Source: Antedon mediterranea (taxonomy: Eukaryota > Animalia > Echinodermata). Taken from it: a DNA stretch of 64,000 nucleotides. Shown in pieces: positions 49,677 to 62,442 of the stretch. Positions within the stretch are counted from its first letter, which is position 1; each line of letters starts with the position of its first letter. A program made the position numbers and the translations under genes. The notes under the pieces were generated by a model, which had not been told where the DNA came from, searched no databases, and worked only from the letters and a program-made list of their open reading frames with translations. Location of the stretch: the NCBI RefSeq assembly GCF_964355755.1, contig NC_092678.1:2434422-2498421 (forward strand). Reading direction: 5' to 3'.

Positions 49677-50225
49677 GATGGAGCTAGAGATTGTCTGAAA
49701 TTAAAAGAGTACACATTAATCAATTATTGTAGATCAATATGGCAGATACAGAAAATAAAATATGTATAAAACTATAAATTATTAATTTAATAATTTATTA
49801 ATGGTTATACAGATAAAGGGGGCTGGTTTCCATATAGCATATAGCAATAAGCAAATGAAAAAAAAAATCTCTGAATTTAGATCTGCTTTATTTTTAAAAG
49901 AGTGAGTCAGGGAGTGTCAGGTCGGAAACTTTTCACCTGTTTAAACATAAACAATAATAAATAGTAGATTTTATTACACTTAACAGGGCGGAATTAAAAG
50001 GGGAATAGAAGCATCACCAATTACCATAGTTGAGTATAATCTCCAGCTAAGAATGTGTCTAAGCAAGCCAACCAAGTGGTAATATTCCCTTGGTCATCCT
50101 GTCCTGGCCTAATCTAAGCTATTAAATTAACAGAAGGTCTATAATACTAGCCTAAGTATGGGCCTAAGTCACTCAAGTTTCTGGTGGTGGTAGGAGAGGC
50201 TTAAATTACTTTAAACAGGACTTAC

Positions 50226-50465
50226 TGTTCACCAATGTTATAATGAATACACAAGCATTTATTGTACAGTAGAAAAGAAGGCCTCCGTCATAATAATAAT
50301 ATATTATAATCAGTTTTACATCAGCAAGAGCTAAACTGTCTCCCTGCTGTCTCTCTGTCCAGGCAAGAAATAAACAATGAATAAACAAAAAGTTCAAGAA
50401 GTTCTCGCGGTCCTTACAATAGATGGCGCTGTCACAAAATATAATTAAATCAATGTAACCAATAG
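50226..50465 (-). promoter_or_regulatory. Putative plexin non-coding first exon and promoter
   Basis: Donor ACA|gtaagt at 50225 and acceptor tttcag| at 49694 upstream of the ATG. CTCF/YY1-like AGATGGCGC at 50421, CCAAT at 50459, and GCCTA motifs in the intron at 50105-50168. Confidence 0.55.
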
Positions 50466-51020
50466 TAATTGTTTTTTCTTTATTCTCTTAGAATTACATA
50501 ATAACGGGACACATATGGTTCTGTTAAATAGAGATTTACAATCTGTAGATATAGTCATAATCAATTACTAAAGTGTATTATCTACATGGGGACATTTTAA
50601 CATTTTATTTTTAAAATACAAAATATATACAAAAATTAGAACCGATATTTAATATAGATTTTAAATAGACATATTATATATATGAAGTCGCTATACTGGT
50701 AGGCAAGTTTAAAATTAGCCTATGGAAAATTAGGCATAAAATTACACTACATATTTAAATTTTATACAGTCAATATTTGAAATCTACAATTACGTTAAAT
50801 ATTCACTAAATGTAACACTAAATTATGCTATACGGTATCTTATGAGTAACTTTCATTTATGAATAAAAACCGTAATAATGTCTATAGGCCATATACTACA
50901 ATATACCGTGCCGTGACGTAAATTATGCTGATTGGGACAAGCCTATTAATATTGACAAATGTTTACAATTTCAAATCGTCTCTGTATTTACATCTATCAT
51001 CTGACATTTAATGTAACATA

Positions 51021-52598
51021 TTATTTCTGGATTTCGGAATACATAATGTTTGAACTTGAAGAAACATTCGAAGTATTACTTTTCGAAATGGTCACTAGAT
51101 CAGCATATAATGCATTCTTTGTTTTTATATTTTCCTTTAATTCAAACTGATTTGATGATATTTCTTCATAATGTTTCGTTGCAGACAAAGTAGATATATT
51201 TCCGCTGGTAGGCTTACAAAGAACGTGATAGATAGGCTCGACATTCTTCACCTTATGTTGATGCACGATTTTTGGTCGCTCTGCGTCTTTCGCATACGCG
51301 CTTTCAGACATTTTATATTTTACAACGTACGTAAAAAGTGTAGTTAAAAGTAAACACATTAATAAAACACAAACGAGAATTAAGATTATAGTGTTTTTTG
51401 GATGTCTGTTGATGCTTGTGGATGTATCGTTTTGCGGAATGTACGTGGACACTGCATCGGTGCTGTTCAGAGCTTGCCCGAAAGGATCTGTTACCGTGAC
51501 TGTAACTGTAGAGACCGTCTGCTCGACTGACATTGTTGTCAATGTTGTAAGAATTGGAGTAGGCCTATCCACCGTTGGATGACGGATGACGTGATCAATT
51601 GGTATTGTGAAAAGCAGACTTGTTTCTTCCTGGCCATACCTATCAGAAACTTTACAAATCGCCACACCCCTTACATCACTGGAATCAATGTTCTTAATAA
51701 TCAGTGTTTCAGAATAGACATCCTCTACTTGGTTCCTGATAACACTTGACAATAGCCATGTATATGAGAATGGTGGAGAACCAGTAACCTGACATCTTAA
51801 ATGGATGTCCGAGCCACCAAATGGAGGTATTTGGAAAATAGTAGATATAGGTACTGGAGGTGGTGCCACACTTAAAGGACCAACAACACACTTCCGACCT
51901 GCAGAGTTAATGGAGCTTGAACTATGACATACGAATGAGGAATCATCCATGTCCAGAGTGGCATTGAATTGATGTGTTAGCACAACATCCTGCTCACCAC
52001 TTGATTTGATTGGCTCACCAATTGGATTATTCGAACTTAACCATTGTAGAGTAAGTGGTGGTTCCATAGCTGGTGAGACACAAGTTAATTTAACAGAGTC
52101 ACCAATGTTGACAAATGGTGGTTGAAGCAAACAGGATGGTATTGGCATCGTGTTTGCAGATATTTCTAACGAACCAGCGGACGATTGGTAGCTAGTAGTC
52201 GACCCAGCATTCCCTGAGAAATAACACAGACTACATCTGAAGCCACCTTCGTCTTGTTCACTGACATCAGATATGATCAACTTACTAGATAACGTGATAG
52301 ATGCGTCTGACGACTCTTTAGATGTATTCACTGCGTATCTTGTGTCTGTCAGATAGGTATCACTGCCACTGGCAATCAAGAGGTTGCCTTCTCCAGTCTC
52401 CCATGTAATCCACGTTTTGTAGCCAGACTCTGGAGATGTTAGTCGAAGAACACAAGAGAAAGATACTGTTTCACCTTCTGTTACTTCTTTAAATTCTGGC
52501 ATTTCAACGAACGAAATTTTAGCAGAACAATCCCAAGGCATTAACAATATAAACACGAGTACTGCTCCAACTCCTGCAGTTGACGACATAATGAACAT
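51021..52598 (-). CDS. Intronless type-I membrane immunoglobulin-superfamily receptor (V-C2-C2/I domains, S/T stalk, TM, tyrosine-motif tail), 525 aa
   Basis: Signal peptide (..VLVFILLMPWDCSA). Ig1 EGETVSFSC..W..LIISDVSEQDEGGFRC, Ig2 GDSVKLTC..LQW..SSFVC, Ig3 IHLRCQVTGSPPFSYTW..AICKV. Thr-rich stalk, TM IILILVCVLLMCLLLTTLFTYVV, tail motifs YHVL, YEEI, YADL, YSEI. Confidence 0.9.
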   Translation of the reverse strand: MFIMSSTAGVGAVLVFILLMPWDCSAKISFVEMPEFKEVTEGETVSFSCVLRLTSPESGYKTWITWETGEGNLLIASGSDTYLTDTRYAVNTSKESSDASITLSSKLIISDVSEQDEGGFRCSLCYFSGNAGSTTSYQSSAGSLEISANTMPIPSCLLQPPFVNIGDSVKLTCVSPAMEPPLTLQWLSSNNPIGEPIKSSGEQDVVLTHQFNATLDMDDSSFVCHSSSSINSAGRKCVVGPLSVAPPPVPISTIFQIPPFGGSDIHLRCQVTGSPPFSYTWLLSSVIRNQVEDVYSETLIIKNIDSSDVRGVAICKVSDRYGQEETSLLFTIPIDHVIRHPTVDRPTPILTTLTTMSVEQTVSTVTVTVTDPFGQALNSTDAVSTYIPQNDTSTSINRHPKNTIILILVCVLLMCLLLTTLFTYVVKYKMSESAYAKDAERPKIVHQHKVKNVEPIYHVLCKPTSGNISTLSATKHYEEISSNQFELKENIKTKNALYADLVTISKSNTSNVSSSSNIMYSEIQK

Positions 52599-53804
52599 TT
52601 ATTATCGGAGTGATATTATATATTGAATGTTCTGGTTTTAGGCCTGAGTTACAAAATACTGCGTAAGTCTTACAATTGCAGTTTAGTTTTATACCAAATA
52701 AATTTTAAAATACAAACAAAAGACAATTGACGTTTTCTACTATAAGTGACACATAGCTACAACTTCCGATGAAGTCATCTAGCATACAAATTGTTATTGT
52801 ATCTTGGTATAGGTTCGGGTAAGTATCGTGGCAGCCAAAAAATTACTTTCGATAATCAATTAGCATTGGCGATTGACCTTCTACGACGTAAGACAAACAG
52901 TACTCACAAAGGAGATAGAAAATTGAGGCAACCGATCATAATTTGCAAAGATATGAGCCAACTTTGGGGTGGTGGTTATACAGTAATCAAATAGCCTTGA
53001 ACACCAATTTCAGGCGGTAATATGAAAGGTTTGTTTATTAGGAAAATTGTATATTAATTTTATTCAGGGTCAGATATGTTTCGTAAGATTTTTTTTTAAA
53101 TCACGTTCATTAAAAAACATAGATGTTTGTCCGACGTGGAAATGGTTTTATATCGTAAAATTGGGGACGGAAGCAATTCTCAGTGATTAAAGAAAGTTCG
53201 TTCAGTTTGAATTTATAATTTTTGTATCATCATTTTGAGTTCGTAGGCTCCTCTACTCCAAATGAAATGAAAATGTGTACGTTACTGGGTCCGAAAATGA
53301 CTCAACTAGATAGATTACCTTTTTGCTATACATTAGACGTGGTTTCGATTTTAATACCGTCGCGTGCGGAAGTACATTGTGTTTTGATATTAGTAATCTA
53401 TGTTTTTCTTTTACAATAAATGTTATACAAATAGGTTTGTCCCTAAAGTTATTTTTGCAATCTACTTTTCTACTACCAATCACAATTTCTTTAAACTAAT
53501 AATATTTAGCATGGATGCCTTAGTATACGCCTACATATTGCAGGTGTGTGCCAATTTCTTTAATTACATATAATTATTATTATGATAATTTATGCATCTA
53601 TTAAACAAAATGAAATCTTTGCACCCAAAATACGGGTAAGGATGTCTATCCTATTCAACAACACAATGTTGGTAATTCATGATGGGACAAAACTTTAAAA
53701 TGTGTTAATTGTTACATATTTTGGTGTTTCTATTCATCTTTGTGTACCGTTTATTTTTTTGGCGAAATAAAAATAATACATCGCATTCTGGTGCTACTTG
53801 GAAC

Positions 53805-54044
53805 CACAAGTGCGCCCTCTAAGTAGTTGCTTAATTATGACGTCATTTGTAAGTCTTTGTTTTTTATTTACCAAAATTCTACACACCATCTCTGACAGGA
53901 AGTTCCCGAGATCAGGTGTTAGCTAAGTCCGGGTACGAAAATTCACAACCCATCAGTAGTGACGCTTGTGGGGGTTAGGAAAGAGGCTAAGCTCTGTTAT
54001 CATTTTGGATAGTAAAATTGTAGTAATCTACCATATAACTAATC
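53805..54044 (+). promoter_or_regulatory. CaMKI promoter and 5'UTR
   Basis: Perfect CRE TGACGTCA at 53838-53845, ETS-like ACAGGAAGT near 53895 and CTCF-like GCGCCCTCT at 53812-53820. Confidence 0.55.
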
Positions 54045-54112
54045 ATGCCGATCTTCCAGAAAAGGAAGGAGAAAATAACCGAGAAATACGAACTGAAGCA
54101 TGTCCTTGGAAC
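54045..54112 (+). CDS. CAMK1: Calcium/calmodulin-dependent protein kinase type I, first coding exon (MPIFQKRKEKITEKYELKHVLGT); absent from the ORF track
   Basis: atcATG start and a phase-2 donor GGA AC|gtaagt in the Thr codon of LGT(GAFS). The MP[LI]F start and I-x-EKY..LGT match invertebrate CaMKI N-termini. Exon 2 was not found before 64000. Confidence 0.8.
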
Positions 54113-55297
54113 GTAAGTTAGTATGATGCTTTGTTGTGTTGTTGTGTGTTGCTGAGCTGGAGGTGAGAACATCACCCTTGGAAGCCTGTTTGTTGTCTGC
54201 TTTTGTTAAGAAAGACAGACGTTTGTGTTGGGCTAGCAATCGGGCTAGGCATGTCATACCCATACATAGTAGGCATGTCATACCCATAGTAGGCATATTC
54301 AGTTTTAGACCTACTATGTATATAGTCCTATGTATTATGTAATGTTGGTATTCACTTAATTTGTAGTTATATAAGTGTGTGGTACCAGTACAATATTTTA
54401 GTGAAATGAAGGTAATGATTATGAATCAACATTGTCTTTTGCAATAATGTTTATATTCTCAATAGTGATTTACGAATTTAAATGATTTATTCTAGAAATA
54501 GACTTATTAACCAGAAATAACGATGATCGTAACACCATCGTCAGTCAGGATTTTCCATAAAAATGAAAACAAACTCAAACATAAAGGCAAAAATATATAT
54601 ATTATATTCTTGTTAAGCGTCAACCTCTGAATAAATTTCAGATGAGGGAGGGCAAGTTTAAATATATATTATGTTTTTTTCTTAATGTATACTTTATTAG
54701 GTTAACGACATTGGTTCATGCAACCATTTTGAAACATGAACAAATTAATCACTACAAAAATACATTTAATTCACTAAAATTATTCCTGTGATAATCTATA
54801 TTGTTACAATTTTGAAAGATTTTTGCAAATTTTTTGTCATTAAAAAAAAAGACGTGGCCCGAAAAAAAGTGGAGGGAGATGTTAACAAGTTTTTGTTGCC
54901 AATCATTTCTTCACTTGCTTAGTAAAATGTTATAAAAGTACTTGTAATCTTGATATGATTATAAAAATAGTAACAGACCTAAAGTACAGATACTGTAGTA
55001 TAGGTTGATGCGTTTCAAACAGATGTCTGTATACATTTCAACACATCTGCTTGTCTGTATTTATTTAATAGATATTGTGATATATCAAAAAGCTATTGCC
55101 TAGGTCAGTTGAACTTTACCTAGGATATTTTCTAGAATGTTAAAAAATAGTTTAAAATACTATAAATTCGACTAGGAGGAAAACCCAATTATTTTTTTGT
55201 GAGGAGTTAAAAATAATATATATTGTACATATTTTTCATTCTATTTAGATTTTGTTGTTGTTATATATTTCCACATTATGTTGTTAAGCTCATATAT

Positions 55298-55430
55298 GTT
55301 GCAGAGGCTCCTCCAGGAGTCTAAGGCTATGCCTTGTGAGGAGCCCCTGTTGCAGAGGCTCCTCTAGGAGTCTAAGGCTATGCCTTGTGAGGAGCCCCTG
55401 AGTGAAATATTTAATTTAAACAAACAAAAA
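55298..55430 (+). repeat. Tandem duplication (51 bp x 2) of a probable LINE 3' stem-loop
   Basis: TGTTGCAGAGGCTCCTCYAGGAGTCTAAGGCTATGCCTTGTGAGGAGCCCC twice, followed by an A-rich tail. Confidence 0.65.
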
Positions 55431-58400
55431 CATTTTTGGTAAAATGCAAGGTTGATGGTACCAAGTCTCCAATAATAGGTCTTTAACTCCAAGATTCAAA
55501 TATTCAAAATTATCTATCAGGATTATGATTATGTTATAATTATTGTCATTAGTATTATTATTAATATTATTATTATCACAGTAAAACTAATTAGGCATTT
55601 TAGCTTATCATGGACCAGTGATTTCTTACAAATATCATGGAGCTAATTGAACCTAGACAGGATAAAGTACTCTACCTGAAAAGTGTACTAATTAAAACCT
55701 TTCACGTACCAGGATGTGACAGAAATGTGTTTATTATCTTTACTGATTGCTATTAATTGATGTTATTACATAGCATAGGTTAGAATATGCATGATTGTCT
55801 AGTAGTTGGCTATCAGTCTTCAAGTGAGAGTCATGTGATAAGGCAAGGACGAGACACTTTGATGCTGGCTAATTAGACTGGTTACCAGGTTATCGGCTAA
55901 AGTCAAAGGCAGATTTTGTTAGCAAAATTGGACGTCGTCTTTCAATTCTCTGGTTATGAGGATGTAACAATGTTATAGTGGAAACAAATTGTCTGTGATT
56001 GCAAATCATTATTTAAGATATATAATTTGTTGTACGTTATGACATATATGAGCACATCCAATATTTGGTCACATAAAGTTTGATAGTGTAGACAGAGCTT
56101 AATAAGAATTGTGAATAATACTGGGAGTAGGTATTGAGTTTATCTACTTCTTTGCCTTGTCTAATCCCTATACTCAGACAGTAATTTATGGATAGTAAAT
56201 CATTTTAAAAGTGTTAAGAAAGTTCAAAATACATATTAATGATGACAGTTTTTATTGGTTCATGTCAATCAATGCTAAAGGTAAAGTGTATAATTTAGTA
56301 ACACGTAGCCAACAGCTAAACTACAATAACGTGATCTACTGTACTCCAGCTAAATTTAATGTTACTTAATGTTATTTTGGAGTGATGTAAATTGATTTAA
56401 AAAAAGGCTTGTTGTTTTCATGTTCTTGGCTAGACTAACACAGAGGTTGAAGATACAACAGTACTAAGGGAATCGGTAGGGCTGACAGGTCTTGACAGTA
56501 TGTTGGAGGTTATACCGTAAAGTGCCCTACACCATCAAACTACAGTACTGTATATGTGACAAAATGTGATGTGCCCGTATATGTCACGATGACATCATAT
56601 CACTACCACATTTGGAGATACTACTACCAAATTTTGATACATCACAATTTTGTAGACAGAGCTTTATAAGGAGTATGGGTGAAAGATCTTTAACAGTAGT
56701 AGGAGGGTTATAAAGTGGCCTATTGCTATTACTTTATCTTTAAATAGTACTCTACTGTACTTTAGTTAAAAGCAATGCTTGTGGATGTTTTTTATGTTTT
56801 ATTTTACAATATTGATGAAACCCTGAAGTATCTATCATCCTTTGTTGCTGTAACTCACATCTAAGAACCCTAATAAAATGCAACTTGCATTAGAAGTATT
56901 CAAATAACAATAGAATTCACAATTACTAAAAACTCTAATACTGTTAAAGTACCCTTAGTATTTTACGATATATTTTGCTATTAGCAACTTTCTATTGTAT
57001 TTCTAACATACATTACTGAAATGTAACTAAAAACGTTTATTAAAGTAGGTAATAATGATTAATAGTATCTATGTACAATTTAAGTACTAGCTGCAATTCT
57101 AGCTTTACCAGAATACCTGTATAGGTTACTTTTAGGCCATATTTTATATCCATATTTATTACTATTTTACATTGTGCATTACTTATTTAAGAAGGAATAC
57201 TTCTATATATTTAATGAATCGTTAAATGCATTCTAGCTACTGTAATACTGTACAGCATATGACCAATATATACCGAAGTATAAGTGATAAAGTTTGAGCT
57301 ACAAAGATGAGCTTGTTGTCCAATTTCAAGATCCAGGGTTCAATCCTAACCAAGTGCCAAGGTTTATATACTGTAGTTTATCCATCTTGTAATAAAGCAA
57401 TTTGTATATGTATATGTGTATAAATATTTATAATATATTTTTTCATCTTTTTCAAATTAAAGACAATATACAGTACTGTATGAACCAGGTTTTAATTGAA
57501 GTGAAGGAAGTCATGCAATATTTCATGCTTTAAAAATTCAACCCTGATTATTTCCAAAAGAACCTCATTAATCTAAAGAATGGCACGAAATCTACTAATA
57601 ATCATTTAATAATATTCGCATTATTACTGAATGATTTTACGCTATCTTGCTAATTGCATCAATCTTGCTTGAGTAGGCTGTTTGGTACGTGTTCGTGCCC
57701 AGTCTGTGGTTTATTTGAAAGGCACAATTGTCTGCCAGGCTCCACTCAGATAATTATTCCCTTATGAATGTTCCAATTCATTATCTTTCCTAATAATGAT
57801 ATTACTAGTTGGCACTGGTTTCAATGAACTGAATATAAATATTATTTTCTTATGTACGGTATAGTTGCTGTGTAATGCTCTGTACGCTATCATTGACAAA
57901 AAGGTGTGATGTGCCCAAATATGGTAATAATATACCCAAATATGGTAGTGGTATGACATCATTATGTCCATATACATGGGCACATCACATTGTGTTGTCA
58001 CATCAAGTTTGATACTGCAGACAGAGCTTTAACTCTGTACTACTGTACAAGGTACAGATAGACAAAGTATATAGTATACTGTAGGAAATATTTAATATTG
58101 TTAAACCATACATATTTATCTGTAGTGTAAAATAAAAAAATGCTACTTTTACATAATATAAATTATTATATGCTTACCATTATGTAAATGCACTTCTATT
58201 GAAATTGCCTTCAAACCATTATTAGTGTGTTTGTGCTTTTGTATTCAGAGCGTTGATAGATGACAATAAGTAACTAGCTGACAATAATGCGTAGTTTGAT
58301 TGCCTAATGCTAAAGTGAAGCATGTCATTATTTATTGAACATAGACCCTGGCTCATCAGGAAAACACAAATGTTTACATCACCTTGTTGTTAATAGGCAA

Positions 58401-58447
58401 ACTATAGTAATGAAGAAGCCTATATTTATTTTGTAGACTGTTATTCA

Positions 58448-58685
58448 TATGGAGACCATATACTGTATGGAGACCATATACTGTATGGAGACCATATACT
58501 GTATGGAGACCATATACTGTATGGAGACCATATACTGTATGGAGACCATATACTGTATGGAGACCATATACTGTATGGAGACCATATACTGTATGGAGAC
58601 CATATACTGTATGGAGACCATATACTGTATGGAGACCATATACTGTATGGAGACCATATACTGTATGGAGACCATATACTGTATA
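58448..58685. repeat. Minisatellite, 18 bp x 13
   Basis: Unit GGAGACCATATACTGTAT. Confidence 0.97.
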
Positions 58686-61208
58686 CTGGATAACTCCATG
58701 CGAGAATACTGTACCTTCTTTTGAAAAATGTTAATAAGGGACAGAAAACATTAACTTCTATACAGTCATACAGTAGGGTAAACAAATTTCTACTTATAAC
58801 TTCTCTAATTGGTATAAATTTGTCAAACATGACATTCAGAAATAGATTAATTAATGAATAAAAACAATATGCTGACTTTCACAATGATAAAACAAATATT
58901 TAGTTGGTTAAATGGAATATTAATTATTGGATTTTTAGCAAGAATCAATTGTGTAAACAGGTTTAATATCAGGTTTGCAAGCGGTCGTTTACTTGTTAAT
59001 GCCAATTCCTTTTAATCATTTAATCAAATATAAATATCCGCCTACATTTATTATTATATTATACATTTATTTAAGAATATTTGTAAACATTCATAATAAT
59101 TAACTGATTTTTTTTCATTTCCTCCAATTTTTGCAATACTATTTCTCGAAGACTGACATTTTAAGAGTGGAGTTTGGTGGCTTGCCTACTGGTCCCAGGC
59201 TCCTCAGTTCAAATCATATCACACACCATACAGTATTTTTTTATGACAGAAACAATTCCCCCTGAAATATTTTGTTTATATCTTATTAATGTTCTGTTGA
59301 AAGTGTCATCTGTGAGAAGAATAATTAATGAAATCACTTGACAATGAAAATCACCTTTGGCAATATGATTAAATTGTAGATAATGGCAGTGCCTGCATAT
59401 CATACAAAAAAGATGTCGGTTTGAACTTTATTTTCCTTGATATATTCATCTTTGCAGTTTTGAAATCATTTGATGCTAACCTGGCCAATGAACCATTTCA
59501 TAATGTCACTTTTGTCTTCACCATTAATGCCTACGAACAGGAAAACAGAGTTCGAGTCACGGTTGAGTCAATTTTATTCACAGATTTTCTCACATTATAT
59601 CTACTTATTATATTTTGATACCTTATAATATTCATATTTAATGAATAATTATTACAAAGTCTTTGATGTAATTCTTGAATACCGTAAACATACCATGAGC
59701 GTGTCAAAGAAAAATATGAATGTGCAAACATTACAATAAATCAATAACACTGAAAATGGAATTAAAACGCTTCTTAGTGTTCTACTGAGGTCGCTTGAGC
59801 TGTATTGGCTGAGCTCACACGCTAACCGCGCTACTCTGATCCCATGAGAGCAATGGAGAGGCCATAATTGACTCGCTATTGCTTACAGTATCAAATTACC
59901 TTCCGCTAGCTTATCACTTTTCTTACAAATTTAGAAAGAAGTTCTCCATAAAATATGTAGACTAAATATTCATGAATGTGAAAAACAAAATGGAAATTAA
60001 ATATTATTAATAATAATAATAATAAAAACAATAATAGAATACAAAATCTGCCATTTTATTGTATAAATAATATTAAAATGATTAAATATATGCACACTTT
60101 AGGTCATCTTGCATATTACTCAAAATGAAATCAATTTGTTTCTGGTGTTTTTGTTTCTTGGGTTGGATTCTATTATAATAAGTATGGGTGTGAACCTTTC
60201 CATGATTGAACCTAAACATTAGTGTTAGAAGGAATGAACCCAAGTTTTAAACTGGCATAAAATTTAACCCCGAACAACACATGTGTAAATACTTTATTTG
60301 TCACTTTCATAACATAATAACATAATATAAAAACTTAAGTGTATTAAAATTAAAGAATACTGTAATCATGTTGTTGTAATCATAGATAACGTTTAAATTT
60401 AAAAATAAAGAGTTTCTTTGAGGATAGTTTTATAGTATTTTTCTATAAAGTAAAGGTAGACTGTTACAAAGATTTGCGCTTCAAAGTAAAACAATAAATG
60501 AACCAAATGAAGTATAAAATCTTAGTATAATTACTGTAAATTAAAATTGTTTTCAAGCCTTTGATTCATTTTTCATATGATATAATAGTAATAGCTTAGG
60601 TTCATTTCATGTTTATCTTATCTTGCACTCCAATTTTAAAAGCTTCTTTAGTAGCATTTAATGATAAATGTCATTTCCATAGCTTTGTAAAAGTATCAAA
60701 ATGAAAAATATGCAATCTTTTTATCAGGACGTACATGTATACTTAAAAAAAAAAAGTTTAAATATTGATGATTCCAAAGTTTGTGTTTGTTCTTTTTATT
60801 GATGTGTAATCCAAAGTCAGCATGGTTTATAAAGTCACTATATATACACATACCCATTGATCTTGGTAAATCAATACGTACCTCGATTGACTGCTGAAGT
60901 GTAAACAAAGGCTCCACACAATATGGTATGTCCTGTGTTCAGGATGATTTATATGGATGTACTGATGGTGCTGCTGGACATTGGTCAAGTAAACTTTGTG
61001 ACCGTGTACTTCCCAACGACTACACTATATACAGTAGCATGGACACAGTTTACTAACTAGCTTACTTTATAGACTACAGTATATCGTGCCTTGCTTACCT
61101 GGATAAACCGATCATATCCCTCTCTCCGAAGTATACAAAATAATATAATTTATTCCTTAATGAAAAATATGCTACTGTAGCATTTCATTTGGATGATACC
61201 TCTAGATA

Positions 61209-61790
61209 TTGAATGCCATGCGCGCTATGCGTGTAGTTCTTCAAGCTCCGCCTCGCACCAGCACTCACATTCTTCTAACATCTCTACACATCATGAATGT
61301 GTCACAGAGGGTGCAGTACCAGGTAGGCTGCCTAGCTTTTAAAGCCATGAACAATATTGCCCCTCGATACATCACCCAACGATTTTCCACTGTTCCGATA
61401 CACTCTATGAGGACTAGGGCTGCTTCCAGGGGAGACTTACTGGTACCCAAAGTTAAATTGGAATGTTTCCGGCGCTCTTTTATTTATTCTGCTTGTATTT
61501 TATATAATGTATTACCTTCTGTTTTGAAAGAATGTACAAATATTAACTCGTTTAAATTTAATTTTAAAAAACACATTTTATCGTAATTGTTTAATTGATT
61601 TTTTTTTTGGATAATTTTTTTTTTTTATATAATAGTTTTAAATTTAAATGTATATAGTAGATTCGTATTAGTTAAGTATAGTTTTATATATTTTGTCATT
61701 TTTAAGAGGGCCCCTGAATATCAGCTGGCCTGTGGGTTCAGCTGGAAGGGTTACCCTCTATAAATAAAGTTGAAATAAAATAAAATAAAG
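61209..61790 (+). mobile_element. 3' end of an L2/Crack-type LINE
   Basis: ORF2 C-terminus (FKAMNNIAPRYI..HSMRTR..FRRSFIYSACILYNVLP..SFKFNFKKHI), AT-rich 3'UTR with a terminal stem-loop at about 61706-61759 and an (AATAA)n tail. Confidence 0.88.
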
Positions 61791-61939
61791 GTATAAAAAC
61801 ATGAATTCTATTTTCAGAGCACATACAATCTGAAATATACTATAGTGTAGGATATTTGTAAAGTGATAATTATGTTCATAGAACAATTATTGCAGCATTT
61901 GCACCCTATATTGATGATATCCCATTTTATACATAGGGT

Positions 61940-62310
61940 ATGTGGCCGAGTGTTAGTGAGTGTAGTGAGTGTGGCCGAGCGGTTAAGACAGTGGAACCTT
62001 AATCCAAAGCCATAACATCGGCAAGTCTTCTCGGATAAGGACTATAAACCGTAGGTCCAGTGTACATCTGGCTCATGTGCACTTTAAGAACCTAGTACAT
62101 CTTTCGAGACGAGTAGGGGGTTACCCCGGTGTACTAATTCATACATACACAATGTTGTGGACAGACGTAATGGCGCCGTAGTTGGCTGCTGATGACACGA
62201 TGTGACCCTTAGGGGAGAAAAATGTTGTTGAAAAGATGTTAACATCTAAGTCCACAGCGCCTTTGATCACTAATTGTTGCTGGAATTGGCGCTTTACAAA
62301 TTTGTATATA
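61940..62310 (+). mobile_element. tRNA-headed SINE with Deu/Nin central domain and L2-like tail
   Basis: A-box TGGCCGAGCGG. Core CTCGGATAAGGACTATAAACCGTAGGTCC..GCACTTTAAGAACC..GAGTAGGGGGTTACCCCGGTGT resembles the DeuSINE/AmnSINE core. Tail AGCGCCTTTGA..GGCGCTTTACAAAT. Confidence 0.78.
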
Positions 62311-62442
62311 TATTACATCATACTGTATGTACAGTATATTACATCATACTGTATGTACAGTATATTACATCATACTGTATGTACAGTATATTACATCATA
62401 CTGTATGTACAGTATATTACATCATACTGTATGTACAGTATA
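62311..62442. repeat. Minisatellite, 26 bp x 5, at the SINE tail
   Basis: Unit TATTACATCATACTGTATGTACAGTA, which contains the inverted repeat ATACTGTA/TACAGTAT. Confidence 0.93.

Noticed and set aside
61083-61130. Strong donor-like CCAG|GTAAGC on the minus strand
   Set aside because: The same sequence occurs inverted at about 46887-46915, so it is part of a dispersed repeat rather than an exon.
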